Positions 1 through 9,582 of a stretch of DNA of 38,217 bases are shown one piece after another; position 1 is the stretch's first letter; each line of letters starts with the position of its first letter. A program made the position numbers and the translations under genes. Origin of the DNA: Gemmatimonadota bacterium (GTDB lineage: Bacteria > Gemmatimonadota > Gemmatimonadetes > Palauibacterales > Palauibacteraceae); NCBI GenBank assembly GCA_039588275.1, contig JBDHAC010000055.1, positions 1-38,217 on the forward strand. The letters are read 5' to 3'. The notes below the pieces were generated by a model that made no database searches, was not told the DNA's origin, and was given only the letters and a program-made list of their open reading frames with translations.

Positions 1-88
1 CGCGCATTGAGGAGGCGAGCCAGCTGCGGGCGCTCGCCAGGAGAACGGCAGTGTCATCCGGTGCAGGGGAGCCACCGCCGGAGGTCAT
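1..88 (-). CDS. 5' part of a gene running off the window ([29 protein letters not shown]...), product unknown
   Basis: ATG at 88 on the minus strand, 43 nt after the sugar transferase stop; frame is open to the window edge. Confidence 0.35.
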   Translation of the reverse strand, partial: MTSGGGSPAPDDTAVLLASARSWLASSMR

Positions 89-131
89 CGGACCGCTACC
101 CAGCGCGTTCGGTCGCCGATCGAAAGCTCCG

Positions 132-1028
132 CTATTCTCGCGAGATCCAACGCTCCAACATCACGGGCAGCGTCCGCAGCATGATGCGCAAATCGAACGA
201 GAGCGACCGCCGGCGGAGATACTCGAGATCGTATTCCAGCTTTTGGCGCACGTCATCCACCGTCTGGTCGGGCTGTCGGTTCACTTGCGCCCAACCCGTG
301 ATGCCCGGGGGTACCCGGTGGCGCAGGGGGTATTCCTCGATCTCGTTTCGGAGCAGCTGCACGAACGACGGCCGTTCTGGCCGCGGTCCCACTATCGACA
401 TCTCGCCCCGTATGACGTTCCAGAACTGCGGGATCTCATCCAGGCGGTACGGTCTGAGGAAGCGCCCCACGCGAGTGACGCGGGCATCTTCGGGCGCCGC
501 CCACACGGGACCCGAGCGGTCCTCGGCGTCCAGGTGCATTGTCCGGAACTTGTAAATCGTGAACGGCCGTCCGCCCAGATCGGCGGTACGTCGGGTGAGG
601 GTGAGGTCATCCGGATCCGCATCGAGAGCACCCCCCCGACGGTCGAGGCCGATTCTCAGCTGTCGGTACAGCACCGGTCCGCGGCTGTCCAGCTTGATCG
701 CGATCGCGACCAGCAGGGCGATCGGCGAGAGCAGCGTGAGGGCGATGGCGGCCAGCGACCCGTTGACCAGGCGGTGGACCCGTTGGCTCCAGGTCCGGCT
801 CGGCGGAGGCTCCGACATCTCTCCAAGCTCCTCGATCCCGCCCTCTCCGCCCCCACCATCCCGCGCGGCCCTGGACTCGCCGCGCAGAGCCCACGGCGTA
901 CCTGGCGTTGTCAATTCAACTCGCATGGAACCGAGCGCCCTTTCTGCGCTGTGCACTCGTTTGGTCACTCGTCGCACCCGCTCGGTAGCCTGCACTCCTG
1001 GCTCGGTTCCCGATGGGGTGATCGCCAT
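132..1028 (-). CDS. Bacterial sugar transferase (priming phosphoglycosyltransferase, short WcaJ/PglC-type)
   Basis: Motifs [70 protein letters not shown]; one TM helix. True start may lie downstream of 1028. Confidence 0.92.
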   Translation of the reverse strand: MAITPSGTEPGVQATERVRRVTKRVHSAERALGSMRVELTTPGTPWALRGESRAARDGGGGEGGIEELGEMSEPPPSRTWSQRVHRLVNGSLAAIALTLLSPIALLVAIAIKLDSRGPVLYRQLRIGLDRRGGALDADPDDLTLTRRTADLGGRPFTIYKFRTMHLDAEDRSGPVWAAPEDARVTRVGRFLRPYRLDEIPQFWNVIRGEMSIVGPRPERPSFVQLLRNEIEEYPLRHRVPPGITGWAQVNRQPDQTVDDVRQKLEYDLEYLRRRSLSFDLRIMLRTLPVMLERWISRE

Positions 1029-1044
1029 GGAGCGTCCTCAAGAC

Positions 1045-1812
1045 TCAGATCCGAACGAAGATGAACGTGAGGGATACGGCCACCCCGAGTAGTCCCATTA
1101 TCACCGCCGTCCAAGGCGGCCCCTGGGAGGGGATATAGAGCTCGTCTCCCGAGATCACGCCCAGCTGATCGAGCGAGAGGCTCTGCCACGCGACCCTGGG
1201 GCGGCCCTCTGCGACGCGCTCCCCCAGGCGTCGGAACTGGGCCTTGTCGATGTTGGCGCTCCCGCCGGGGCCACCGGCCAGCATGATCACGTCCGACACC
1301 AGGTTCGACCCGCTCACGTTGTAGAATCCGGGACTCCCCACGTCTCCGAGCACGCCGATCCGCTTGAGGACATCGACCCGCACCCGAGGCTCTCGCAGGT
1401 ACCGGGCGAGGTGCAGCGTGATCGTCTCCTCGACTTCCGAGTAGAGGACGCCGTCCAACGGCTGCGGGTCGATGTCGTCGAGCTCGAGGTGACGAGACGG
1501 GGTCACCGAGAACTCTCCTACCCATTTGGGCTCCGCGTTCACGGAAAGGTCGATGACGTCACCGGGCCAGATGTCACCCTGTTGGAGACGATACGCGAGA
1601 CCGCTGATTCGATTCTGAAGGTCCCGGCGCTCGTCTCCATCCCGGACGTTGATCGCCACGTTCTGGAGCGAGTCCAACAGCGCGTTGAGCTCGGAACGAG
1701 ACGCCATGCGCGGCCCGACCATCTGCGCGTGTAGCCCGAGCCCCTCACCCAACAGAAGCGCCAATGTCAGCGCCGCCACCCGTCTTCCGATTCCCGTGCG
1801 CCTCGGCGCCAT
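1045..1812 (-). CDS. Polysaccharide export / SLBB-domain protein (Wza-like), signal peptide and C-terminal TM helix
   Basis: Start re-called at ATG 1812 (MAPRRTGIGRRVAALTLALLL); PGDVIDLSV, YLREPRVRV, VLGDVGSPGFY, DVIMLAGG, SGDELYIP motifs; next to the sugar transferase. Confidence 0.8.
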   Translation of the reverse strand: MAPRRTGIGRRVAALTLALLLGEGLGLHAQMVGPRMASRSELNALLDSLQNVAINVRDGDERRDLQNRISGLAYRLQQGDIWPGDVIDLSVNAEPKWVGEFSVTPSRHLELDDIDPQPLDGVLYSEVEETITLHLARYLREPRVRVDVLKRIGVLGDVGSPGFYNVSGSNLVSDVIMLAGGPGGSANIDKAQFRRLGERVAEGRPRVAWQSLSLDQLGVISGDELYIPSQGPPWTAVIMGLLGVAVSLTFIFVRI

Positions 1813-1912
1813 TCCACCCCCTGTGTTCCGCACTCCCCCGGTTCCTCCACCTGCGATCATCCGGCCTTCATCCCGGGCGAACCCAAACGGCCCGGGCGGC
1901 CTGCCTTCAGGC

Positions 1913-1928
1913 TGCAAGACATGCACCA
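1913..1928 (-). promoter_or_regulatory. Sigma54 (-24/-12) promoter for the polysaccharide genes
   Basis: Minus strand TGGTGCATGTCTTGCA = GG-N10-GC with TTGCA, ~100 nt upstream of ATG 1812; a second weaker GG-N10-GC (TGGCATGATCCGGGC) at 1961-1975; adjacent to a sigma54 activator gene. Confidence 0.65.
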
Positions 1929-2179
1929 CCCCATGGCAGGTACGCAATCGCATGCACAAGGCCCGGATCATGCCAATTGACGGGGTCTTTCGAAGATCCG
2001 ACGCATGCGCGCAGCACGCCCGGCTGGAAGCCATGTTGCGCCTGAACCACACACCGAAGCCGCAGGCCGGATGCCCGACGAGACCTGGCATTCAGCCAGA
2101 GGCGGCTGGAGGGGACGTCCGGTATTCTGCCGGGCGGGCGCCGGTCGAAAGGGCCGACCCCGGGGCGGCCGACACCGCC

Positions 2180-3544
2180 CTATTCCAGACCGTAGTCCCG
2201 GATCTTGTACAGTAGGGCGCGATAGCTCAGGTCCAGCAGACCTGAAGCCCGCGTTCGGTTGCCTCCGGTGATCTCGAGCGCGCGACCGATGAGGTGCTTT
2301 TCGAGCTCCGCCGTGCGTTTCTTCACCGACAGCTCGTCTTCCGGAAGCGAGTCACCCAAACCGAGCGGCCGGCTTTCTTTCTCGCGAACGTTGGTCGGGA
2401 GCTGGTCGGGGCCGACCTTCGGCCCGTCGGCGAGAACCATGGCACGTTCGATCACGTTCTCGAGCTCGCGGACGTTTCCGGGCCAGGCGTATGCGAGCAG
2501 GCAATTCATGGCCGACGACTCGAAGCCTTCCACCTCCGTCCCGAGCGCCTCGTTGTACCCCTCGAGGAAATGCCGCGCCAGCGCCGGAATCTCCTCCGAC
2601 CGGTGACGCAGGGGAGGCAGATGAATGTTCACCACGTTCAGCCGATAGTAGAGGTCGGACCTGAATCCCCCGCTCTCTACCTCTCTTGCTAGATCGCGCG
2701 CCGTGGCGGCGATGATCCTCACGTCGATCTTGCGAGAGGTAGACTCGCCGACCCTTCGAATCTCGCGGTCCTGGAGCGCTCTCAGCAGCTTGACCTGGAG
2801 CGAAGTCGGCAGCTCGCCGATCTCATCCAGGAACAGGGTGCCGCCGTTGGCTTCCTCGAACAGCCCAACGCGATTGCTCTCGGCGCCCGTGAACGCTCCG
2901 CGGACGTGACCGAACAACTCCGATTCGAGGAGGTTTTCGGGGATCGCCCCGCAGTTGACCGGTACGAAGGGCCCTTCGGCCCGCGTCGAGGCGCTGTGTA
3001 TCAGTCGGGCGATCACCTCCTTGCCGGTGCCGCTCTCGCCGGTGACCAACACCGTGGATGGGTGCGGCGCGACTTTTTCCGCGAGCTCGACCGCGGTGAT
3101 CATGGCGGGGCTTTTCACCACCATGTCCGGGTGGCGCTGGTCGGTCCGCACCTGACGCTGGAGGCGCTTCACCTCCCGGCGAAGCCTCTCGCGCTCCTCT
3201 GCTTTGCGCAGCGTTAGGAGGACGGAGTCTGCAGAGAACGGCTTGGCGATGTAGTCGTAGGCGCCCCGCTTCATCGCCTCCAGCGCGAGTTCCGTGCTCC
3301 CGTAAGCCGTCATGGTGACGACCAGTCCCTCTCCGCCACCCTCGCGATACTCATCCAGGAACTGGAGCCCGTCCATCTCGGGCATCCGAACATCGCACAG
3401 CACGATGTCGGCCTCGTCCTCGAGCGCCTGTGAGAGCCCGTCCCGACCGCTCGAGGCCGTCGACACCTCGTAGCCCTCATCCTCGAGAATCATCGAGACG
3501 GTGCGGCGAACACCGGCCTCGTCGTCAATAACCAAGACGTTCAT
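2180..3544 (-). CDS. Sigma54-dependent response regulator (NtrC/AtoC/PilR family)
   Basis: Receiver domain (VIDDE, DVRMP), AAA+ with GESGTGKE, ESELFGH..GAFTGA, LFLDEIGE, WPGNVRELEN; C-terminal Fis-type HTH. Confidence 0.95.
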   Translation of the reverse strand: MNVLVIDDEAGVRRTVSMILEDEGYEVSTASSGRDGLSQALEDEADIVLCDVRMPEMDGLQFLDEYREGGGEGLVVTMTAYGSTELALEAMKRGAYDYIAKPFSADSVLLTLRKAEERERLRREVKRLQRQVRTDQRHPDMVVKSPAMITAVELAEKVAPHPSTVLVTGESGTGKEVIARLIHSASTRAEGPFVPVNCGAIPENLLESELFGHVRGAFTGAESNRVGLFEEANGGTLFLDEIGELPTSLQVKLLRALQDREIRRVGESTSRKIDVRIIAATARDLAREVESGGFRSDLYYRLNVVNIHLPPLRHRSEEIPALARHFLEGYNEALGTEVEGFESSAMNCLLAYAWPGNVRELENVIERAMVLADGPKVGPDQLPTNVREKESRPLGLGDSLPEDELSVKKRTAELEKHLIGRALEITGGNRTRASGLLDLSYRALLYKIRDYGLE

Positions 3545-4824
3545 GCGGCACCTTCGATGGAGTCTTCACCGGTAGATGTGCGAGTACAGGGGAGCAGCAC
3601 CGTGAACCGGGTGCCCTCGGTGGAACCCGAGGCCGCGGCCATCGCCCCTCCCATCTGCTCAGCAAGCCGTGCGCTCACGGCGAGCCCGAGCCCGCTACCT
3701 CTGCCGGGGTCCTTCGTCGTATAGAACGGCTCGAAGATGTTGGCGAGATGATCCGCATCGATACCGGCTCCGTTGTCCGACACCTCGATGGTGGCGACGA
3801 GCTGTCCCACGTCGAACCTGTCCGCCGCCTCCGGTGAGAGCCGATGCTGCCTCAGGTGCGAGTAATCCACGCCCTCGGGGTCGTCCTCGCGACGCGCCTT
3901 CGGCAGTCCGCGGACCTCCTCGAACGGTGCCGTGCCCGTACGAAGCACGATCCTGCCTGGAGCACTGACCTCACGGATCGCGTCGGCGGCGTTCAGGAGC
4001 AGATTCACGAGGATCTGCTCGACATGCGTGGAGTCGCCGAAGACGACTGGCGTGGGCCTCTCGAGCTCGAGCTCGAGGCGGATCTTCTTGAGACGGCCCT
4101 GGTTCTCGAGCAGCTCTACGACGGACTCGACCGCGTCGTTGATGCGGATCTCCGTCGAGTGGGAGGGGGCCGGTCGAGCGAAGTCGAGCAGACCGCGTAT
4201 GACCCGATCGATTCGATCCGCCTCGCGCGACACTCCTTCCACCCACTCCTCATCACCGTTGCCGCGCCGGCGGGCCACCTCCAGGTAACCTACGATCGCG
4301 CCCAGGGGGTTGCCGACTTCGTGTGCGATGCCCGCCGCGAGACGCCCCACGGCGACGAGCTTCTCGGCTTGAATCAGCTCGCGCCTCGCAAGCGAAAGCT
4401 CGCGATTGGTGGCATCCAGGGAACGCACGTTGTCCTGCAGCTGCGCCTGGTTCTTGATCAGGCGATCCGCCATCCGATTGACGCTCCCGGCCAGCCTTCG
4501 GAGCTCGTCGGCACCGTCCGCATGCAGGCGCCGGGTGAGGTCACCTTCCGCGATCATCTCCGCCTCCCCGACCATCGTCTCCACCGGCCCGACGAACTGG
4601 CGACGAAGGAGGTAGTCGCCGAACAGGAGCACCAACGCGACGTCCGCCACGATGAGCGAGATCAGGCTGATGAGCAGGACTGGCGGCGAAGGCATACGCG
4701 GAAGCCAGATCAGCATGGCTACCGCAAGGGCCAGCAGAGCGATCGTGAGTAGGGTCGCCATCCCCTGGAGAAGAATGGATCGGAGAGACCCTCCCTTGTC
4801 CGGTTGTTCGCGTATTGCGTGCAA
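3541..4824 (-). CDS. Sensor histidine kinase (2 TM, HAMP, HisKA, HATPase)
   Basis: H-box AHEVGNPL, N-box NLLLNAADA, DNGAGI, FEPFYTTK, GSGLGL; ATGA overlap with the regulator; start is TTG 4824 or ATG 4761. Confidence 0.93.
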   Translation of the reverse strand: MHAIREQPDKGGSLRSILLQGMATLLTIALLALAVAMLIWLPRMPSPPVLLISLISLIVADVALVLLFGDYLLRRQFVGPVETMVGEAEMIAEGDLTRRLHADGADELRRLAGSVNRMADRLIKNQAQLQDNVRSLDATNRELSLARRELIQAEKLVAVGRLAAGIAHEVGNPLGAIVGYLEVARRRGNGDEEWVEGVSREADRIDRVIRGLLDFARPAPSHSTEIRINDAVESVVELLENQGRLKKIRLELELERPTPVVFGDSTHVEQILVNLLLNAADAIREVSAPGRIVLRTGTAPFEEVRGLPKARREDDPEGVDYSHLRQHRLSPEAADRFDVGQLVATIEVSDNGAGIDADHLANIFEPFYTTKDPGRGSGLGLAVSARLAEQMGGAMAAASGSTEGTRFTVLLPCTRTSTGEDSIEGAA

Positions 4825-5145
4825 TATGCCCTACCCGTTGCGTGGGTTTTGCAGGCTGAGCGGCCCGAGGGCCGTCAGACCGGGTTTCCAGGGCTTGTGT
4901 GGAAGGAGCGTGCCGCGTGGCGCGGGTCGACAGCCCCTCCCCGGGTGATGACCAGCACTCGGACAGCGATCGTCCTGTTTTATATGCATATAGTCATCAT
5001 ATGCCGCGGTATTATGAGTGTACCAAGGCGTATGCACCCGTTAGTGCAACGTGACTTGACGTTTGCATGAAATTTGCGATCTTCAGGCCTTCAGCGGCCG
5101 GATCATCGCTTCGCGGTCGACAAGGAAACCACGGGAGGAGGCAGT

Positions 5146-6555
5146 ATGACGTCGGATACCATCTTCGCCGCGCCCACCGAGCGCGAGGTCGAAACTCGGT
5201 TCGCAGAGTACGGAAAGAAGCTCGGGCCCACGCCTGACCGAGATGGTCTGCTGGAGCTGTGCAAGGCGCTCAACGTGCGCTTCCTGCGACTGACCTTCAC
5301 GGACATCCTCGGTGCCCCAAAGAACGTCGAGGTCCCCGCGAGCCAGTTCGACAAAGCGTTCGACGGGGAGATCTTGTTCGACGGGTCCTCCATCGAAGGC
5401 TTCGTCCGGATCGAGGAGAGCGACATGCTCCTCCATCCCGATCTCTACACGTTCCGAGTGCATCCGTGGGGGAACCCCGAGGCTCGGGTCGCCCACGTCA
5501 TCTGTGACGTCTACAATCCGGACGGAACTCCCTTCCCCGGCGACCCCCGGCTCTGCCTGAAGCGCATCACCGCCGAGGCCGCCGAGCTGGGCTTCGAGAT
5601 GAACGCGGGAGTGGAAGCGGAGTTCTTCCTCTTCCAGCGGGACGAGCTGGGCGAAGCAACCACGATCACGCACGATCAAGGCGGCTACTTCGACCTCACG
5701 CCCGTCGATCTGGGCGAGAAGACCCGTCGCATGATCGTGACCGATCTGGAAGCTATGGGGCTGGAGATCGAGGCCGCGCACCACGAGGTCGCGCAGGGCC
5801 AGCACGAGATCGATTTCAAGTACGCGGAAGCGGTCGAAACGGCGGACAATCTGATGGTCTTCAGGTTCGTCGTACGCAACGCCGCGCTCGCGCACGGCCT
5901 GCACGCCACGTTCATGCCCAAGCCCATCTTCGGTCAGAACGGCTCGGGCATGCACACGCACCAATCGCTCTTCCGGGACGGGGAGAACGCGTTCTACGAT
6001 CCCGACGGCGACTACGAACTATCGGATCTCATGCGGTTCTACATCGGCGGTTTGAAGAAGCACGCGCGGGCGATCGCCGCGATCACGAACCCGATCGTCA
6101 ATTCGTACAAGCGACTCGTACCGGGCTATGAAGCGCCCGTAAACATCGCCTGGTCGAGGCGCAATCGCTCACCCTTGATCCGAGTGCCCGAGCGGCGGGG
6201 AGTCGGCACGCGTTGCGAGTTCCGTATGCCGGATCCGGCGTGCAATCCCTACCTGGCCCTCGCCGTGCAGCTTGCAGCCGGGCTGGATGGGATTCGCAAC
6301 GAGATCGATCCGGGCCCGCCCGTAGACACGAACGTTTGGAAGCTGACGGAGGAAGAGCGCGCGAAGTACGGGATGGGGGTCCTGCCGGCCAACCTATCCG
6401 AGGCCGTGGGAGCGCTGGAGCGTGACGAACTGCTGCGCGACGCCCTCGGTGACCACATCTTCACGCACTACGTCGAGGCGAAGAAAGCCGAGTGGTCGGA
6501 CTATGTGGCACAAGTAACCCCGTGGGAGCTAGATACGTACCTCGCCACCTACTGA
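5146..6555 (+). CDS. glnA: Glutamine synthetase type I
   Basis: FDGSSIEGFVRIEESDM, HHEVAQGQHEIDF, ATFMPKP..GQNGSGMHTHQSL, NSYKRLVPGYEAP, RCEFRMPDPACNPY; GGAGGAGG RBS before ATG 5146. Confidence 0.97.
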   Translation: MTSDTIFAAPTEREVETRFAEYGKKLGPTPDRDGLLELCKALNVRFLRLTFTDILGAPKNVEVPASQFDKAFDGEILFDGSSIEGFVRIEESDMLLHPDLYTFRVHPWGNPEARVAHVICDVYNPDGTPFPGDPRLCLKRITAEAAELGFEMNAGVEAEFFLFQRDELGEATTITHDQGGYFDLTPVDLGEKTRRMIVTDLEAMGLEIEAAHHEVAQGQHEIDFKYAEAVETADNLMVFRFVVRNAALAHGLHATFMPKPIFGQNGSGMHTHQSLFRDGENAFYDPDGDYELSDLMRFYIGGLKKHARAIAAITNPIVNSYKRLVPGYEAPVNIAWSRRNRSPLIRVPERRGVGTRCEFRMPDPACNPYLALAVQLAAGLDGIRNEIDPGPPVDTNVWKLTEEERAKYGMGVLPANLSEAVGALERDELLRDALGDHIFTHYVEAKKAEWSDYVAQVTPWELDTYLATY

Positions 6556-6611
6556 TCCGCGAGCCGCCGCCTCCCTGTCCGGGATGGCTTCGGTGTAGGC
6601 AGACCTTTACA

Positions 6612-6640
6612 GGGGTGCCCGGGGCCTTCCCGGGCACCCC
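6612..6640 (+). terminator. GC-rich hairpin after glnA (terminator or mRNA-stabilising stem)
   Basis: Perfect 12-bp stem GGGGTGCCCGGG-gcctt-CCCGGGCACCCC; no U-tract. Confidence 0.5.
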
Positions 6641-6661
6641 ACTCCTCAAACGTCCAACAGC

Positions 6662-8251
6662 ATGAAGCGAGATGTGGCGCGGCTCTCAGAAGAGCCGGTC
6701 GACGTTTGTGTGGTCGGAGGTGGCATCCTCGGGGCCTGCATCGCGCGCGACGCGTCCTTACGGGGCCTCCGCACGGCTTTGATCGAACGCGGGGATTTCG
6801 GGGGCGGGACATCCGCGCATTGCCTCAAGGTGGTACACGGCGGGCTGCGCTACCTCGCGGATCTGGATTTTCTGCGTGCGAGGCGATCGGCTCATGAGCG
6901 GTCCGTGTGGCTCCACGTCGCACCGCACCTGGTCGAACCATGGCCGTTCGTCGCCCCCGCGTTCGAGATGAAAGGCCCATCCGGGCTCACCATGAGGCTG
7001 GCGGCCGTGTTAAACGAGCAGCTGACCCGAGGCCGAAATCAGGGCCTGCCCCCAGACCGTCACATCCCACCGGCACGCCACCTCGCTGCCTCGGCGTGCG
7101 CCGACCTCCTCCCGGCCGAACTCGCCGCCAAGGGTGGGCTTCTTTTCCATGATGGGCTCATGTACAGCTCCGAGCGACTCGTCCTCGAAGTGGTTCGGGC
7201 GGCGTGGAACGAGGGTACGGAAGTCGCGAACTACGTCGCGTTCCGCAACGCTCGAGAGCAGTCCGGGGAGTGGGTGATCGAAGCGGACGACATGGAAGGC
7301 GGGGAGAAGCTCCAGATCCGCGCGGGCATGCTCGTCAACGCCGCCGGGGCCGCAGCCACGGAGGTGGCAAGGGGAGCAGGGCTGTCGAGGGAGGACCTGC
7401 CTCAGGTCTATTCGATGGGGCTGAACCTGGTGCTGAACCGTGCGCCTGGACCGGCGGCCTATGGACTGACCACGAGTGGTGAGGACGGGAGCAAACGGCT
7501 CGGCCGCGGCCGGCGTTTCATCTTCGTCATCCCGTGGCGGGGACGTACCCTCGTGGGCACCGGGCACCAGCGCGTGACCGGCCCGGCGGAAGCCCGGGGG
7601 GCCAGCGAGGAGCAGATCGCTCGATTCGTCACCGAAGTAAACCGCGTTTGGGCCGGCGAGCCCATCCAAATGGAGGAAATCGTGGGAGTGCATGCGGGTC
7701 TTCAGCCCGCTGACCCAGCGCGACCAGCGCACCCCGCCAGCCGCGATCGCACCATCGTCCACGAGGACGCAGCGCACCCGCCGGCGATCACCGCTATCCT
7801 CACGAAATACACGACGGCCCGCGCACTGGCCGAGAGGACCGTCGATCGCTGCGTGGCGAGATTGGGGCGTGGAAGCTCTCGATGCCGCACGGCCTCCATC
7901 TCCCTCCCGGGCGCTCCCGATGGCCCTCTCGAGCCCACCGAGTCCAAGCTTCGAGAGCTTCTCGGAGTCGACCTTGGCGCCGAGACTAGCCGACACCTGA
8001 CACGAATGTACGGGGCCCACCTGTCCGAGTTCGCTCGGGTCGTCAAGCGCTGGGAGGCCTGGGAAGACCGTATCCACGAGGGTGCGCCGACCATCCGCGG
8101 ACAGATGATGTACGCCGTGGAACGAGAGTTGGCTCTCAGGACGGAGGACCTGGTCTGGCGGCGTACCGAGCTTGGACCCCGGGGGAATGCCGATGAGCGC
8201 AGCGACCGCATGGCGGATGAGGTACTGCGCGCGGTGGGGAGCGCTACCTAG
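6662..8251 (+). CDS. FAD-dependent glycerol-3-phosphate dehydrogenase/oxidase family protein (GlpD-like)
   Basis: VVGGGILG..IARDA..RGL..ALIERGDFGGGTS, HGGLRYL, VNAAG, FIFVIPW, KYTTAR, DLVWRRT motifs. Confidence 0.85.
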   Translation: MKRDVARLSEEPVDVCVVGGGILGACIARDASLRGLRTALIERGDFGGGTSAHCLKVVHGGLRYLADLDFLRARRSAHERSVWLHVAPHLVEPWPFVAPAFEMKGPSGLTMRLAAVLNEQLTRGRNQGLPPDRHIPPARHLAASACADLLPAELAAKGGLLFHDGLMYSSERLVLEVVRAAWNEGTEVANYVAFRNAREQSGEWVIEADDMEGGEKLQIRAGMLVNAAGAAATEVARGAGLSREDLPQVYSMGLNLVLNRAPGPAAYGLTTSGEDGSKRLGRGRRFIFVIPWRGRTLVGTGHQRVTGPAEARGASEEQIARFVTEVNRVWAGEPIQMEEIVGVHAGLQPADPARPAHPASRDRTIVHEDAAHPPAITAILTKYTTARALAERTVDRCVARLGRGSSRCRTASISLPGAPDGPLEPTESKLRELLGVDLGAETSRHLTRMYGAHLSEFARVVKRWEAWEDRIHEGAPTIRGQMMYAVERELALRTEDLVWRRTELGPRGNADERSDRMADEVLRAVGSAT

Positions 8252-8336
8252 CCAGCACCCTCCTTCCGTCCCCCCTTTACGTTGCTGGCCGCGTGTGCGA
8301 GAGCTCGAAGTGAGCCGGGTTCGAGGGAGACGGGGG

Positions 8337-9167
8337 TCAGGGGGAGTGAGACCGGTCTTCGGCCAGGGGTCTCGTGCCCGCTACCATCGAGCCACGCAAA
8401 AGCCTCGCGAGATGTTCATCGCTCCCCAGGTCGTTCACGGCCACGCGGCCGTTCGAGGCCGCGGCGTGCAGGATTCCGCCCCCTCCCACACAGATTGCGA
8501 CGTGGCTGATCCCACGCCCCTCCGGCGCGAAGAATAGGAGGTCCCCCGGCTCGAGGTCTCCCCAGGTACCCGGGCCAACGGCGAGATCGGCCCCTACCTC
8601 GCGCTGCTGATCGGAGTCGCGGGGGAGCGGGCACCCATGCAACCCGTACACCGCCTGGACCAGACCGGAGCAGTCGACACCTGCGCGCGTGCGCCCGCCC
8701 CACATGTAGGGGGCGCCGCTCCACTCCAAGGCCGTATGGAGGATCGCGTCGCCCGTAGCGGGGAAGCGCTCCGCGCGGTCTTCCTCGGGCACGAGGCGGT
8801 CGGGATCTCGGGGGACGGCGATCGTCCCGTCCGGCAGGGCGACGCGACCGCCGGACGCCGGGCGAGCTCTGGCGCCCCAGGGCAGGCGATTGGCGGCGCG
8901 GGGCAAATCTCCCTGGAGCTCCGTGCCGAGCGACCAGAGCGTGGCGTCTCGACGCCAGGCGTCGATCTCGCTCGGCTTGCCCGCCAGGGCGGCGCTCTCC
9001 GTCACCCAACCTTCGTACTCATCCGGGCCACGTCCCAATAGCCAACCCTCGGCCCGCTCCAGGATCGCGATGACCTCCCCGCACAGCCACTCCGTCACCC
9101 GTTCCGCGCGGTGTGAGGGCTCGGCGCGCACCGGCGCCGCGGCGGCGAACACGATCGAATGATTCAC
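8337..9167 (-). CDS. NlpC/P60 (C40) peptidase with N-terminal SH3-like domain
   Basis: GAPYMWGG, GVDCSGLVQ, LPRDSDQQ, PGDLLFF, ISHVAI, ILHA; start re-called at GTG 9167. Confidence 0.88.
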   Translation of the reverse strand: MNHSIVFAAAAPVRAEPSHRAERVTEWLCGEVIAILERAEGWLLGRGPDEYEGWVTESAALAGKPSEIDAWRRDATLWSLGTELQGDLPRAANRLPWGARARPASGGRVALPDGTIAVPRDPDRLVPEEDRAERFPATGDAILHTALEWSGAPYMWGGRTRAGVDCSGLVQAVYGLHGCPLPRDSDQQREVGADLAVGPGTWGDLEPGDLLFFAPEGRGISHVAICVGGGGILHAAASNGRVAVNDLGSDEHLARLLRGSMVAGTRPLAEDRSHSP

Positions 9168-9316
9168 GGTACGGCGGGTCCCGGGGCGGGGCCGAAGAGG
9201 CCGGACGCAACGGGACGAGACCGATGAGGCTTGAGAAGTCGCGACCCGAGCGCGCAAGTTGTCCTCAGCCCGATCCACGGCCGGACGGCCATCGCTACCG
9301 CAATGGGAGACAAACC

Positions 9317-9535
9317 ATGCATGTGACCATCGAGTACTGCCTGGCCTGAAACTACGAGCCACGAGCCGCCAGTTTGGCGGACGCGCTCAAGGAAAGATAC
9401 GAAGACGTGAGCGTGGAGCTCATCGCGTCCGGCGGCGGCGCCTTCGAGGTGACCGTGGACGGGCAGCTGATCTACTCCAAGCTCGCGACCGGACAACACG
9501 CCACCCACGAGGAGATCTTCGAGAAGCTCGACTAG
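9317..9535 (+). CDS. SelW/SelT/SelH (Rdx family) selenoprotein, 72 aa, CxxU motif (UGA 9347-9349 = Sec)
   Basis: GGGAGA RBS and ATG 9317; MHVTIEYCLA-U-NYEPRAASLADALKERYEDVSVELIASGGGAFEVTVDGQLIYSKLATGQHATHEEIFEKLD*; Rdx signatures on both sides of the TGA. Confidence 0.92.
9347..9388 (+). promoter_or_regulatory. Bacterial SECIS-like hairpin
   Basis: Upper stem CCGCCA-GTT-TGGCGG (9366-9380) with G-led apical loop about 22 nt after UGA; lower stem GAGC (9356-59) / GCTC (9385-88). Confidence 0.75.
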
Positions 9536-9582
9536 CGGGTCGGTCCGGCGGACGAGCGGTCAAGGGTCATCGATTCGATCCG

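Noticed and set aside
4830..4975. Possible ncRNA/riboswitch between the kinase and glnA
   Set aside because: Only short GC hairpins expected by chance; no recognisable family motif
5052..5068. Sigma54 promoter for glnA (TGACTTGACGTTTGCA)
   Set aside because: Has TTGCA at -12 but GA instead of the invariant GG at -24
9164..9508. 114-aa antisense ORF and the 168-aa ORF 9259-9765
   Set aside because: Shadow frames of the selenoprotein gene with no family motifs
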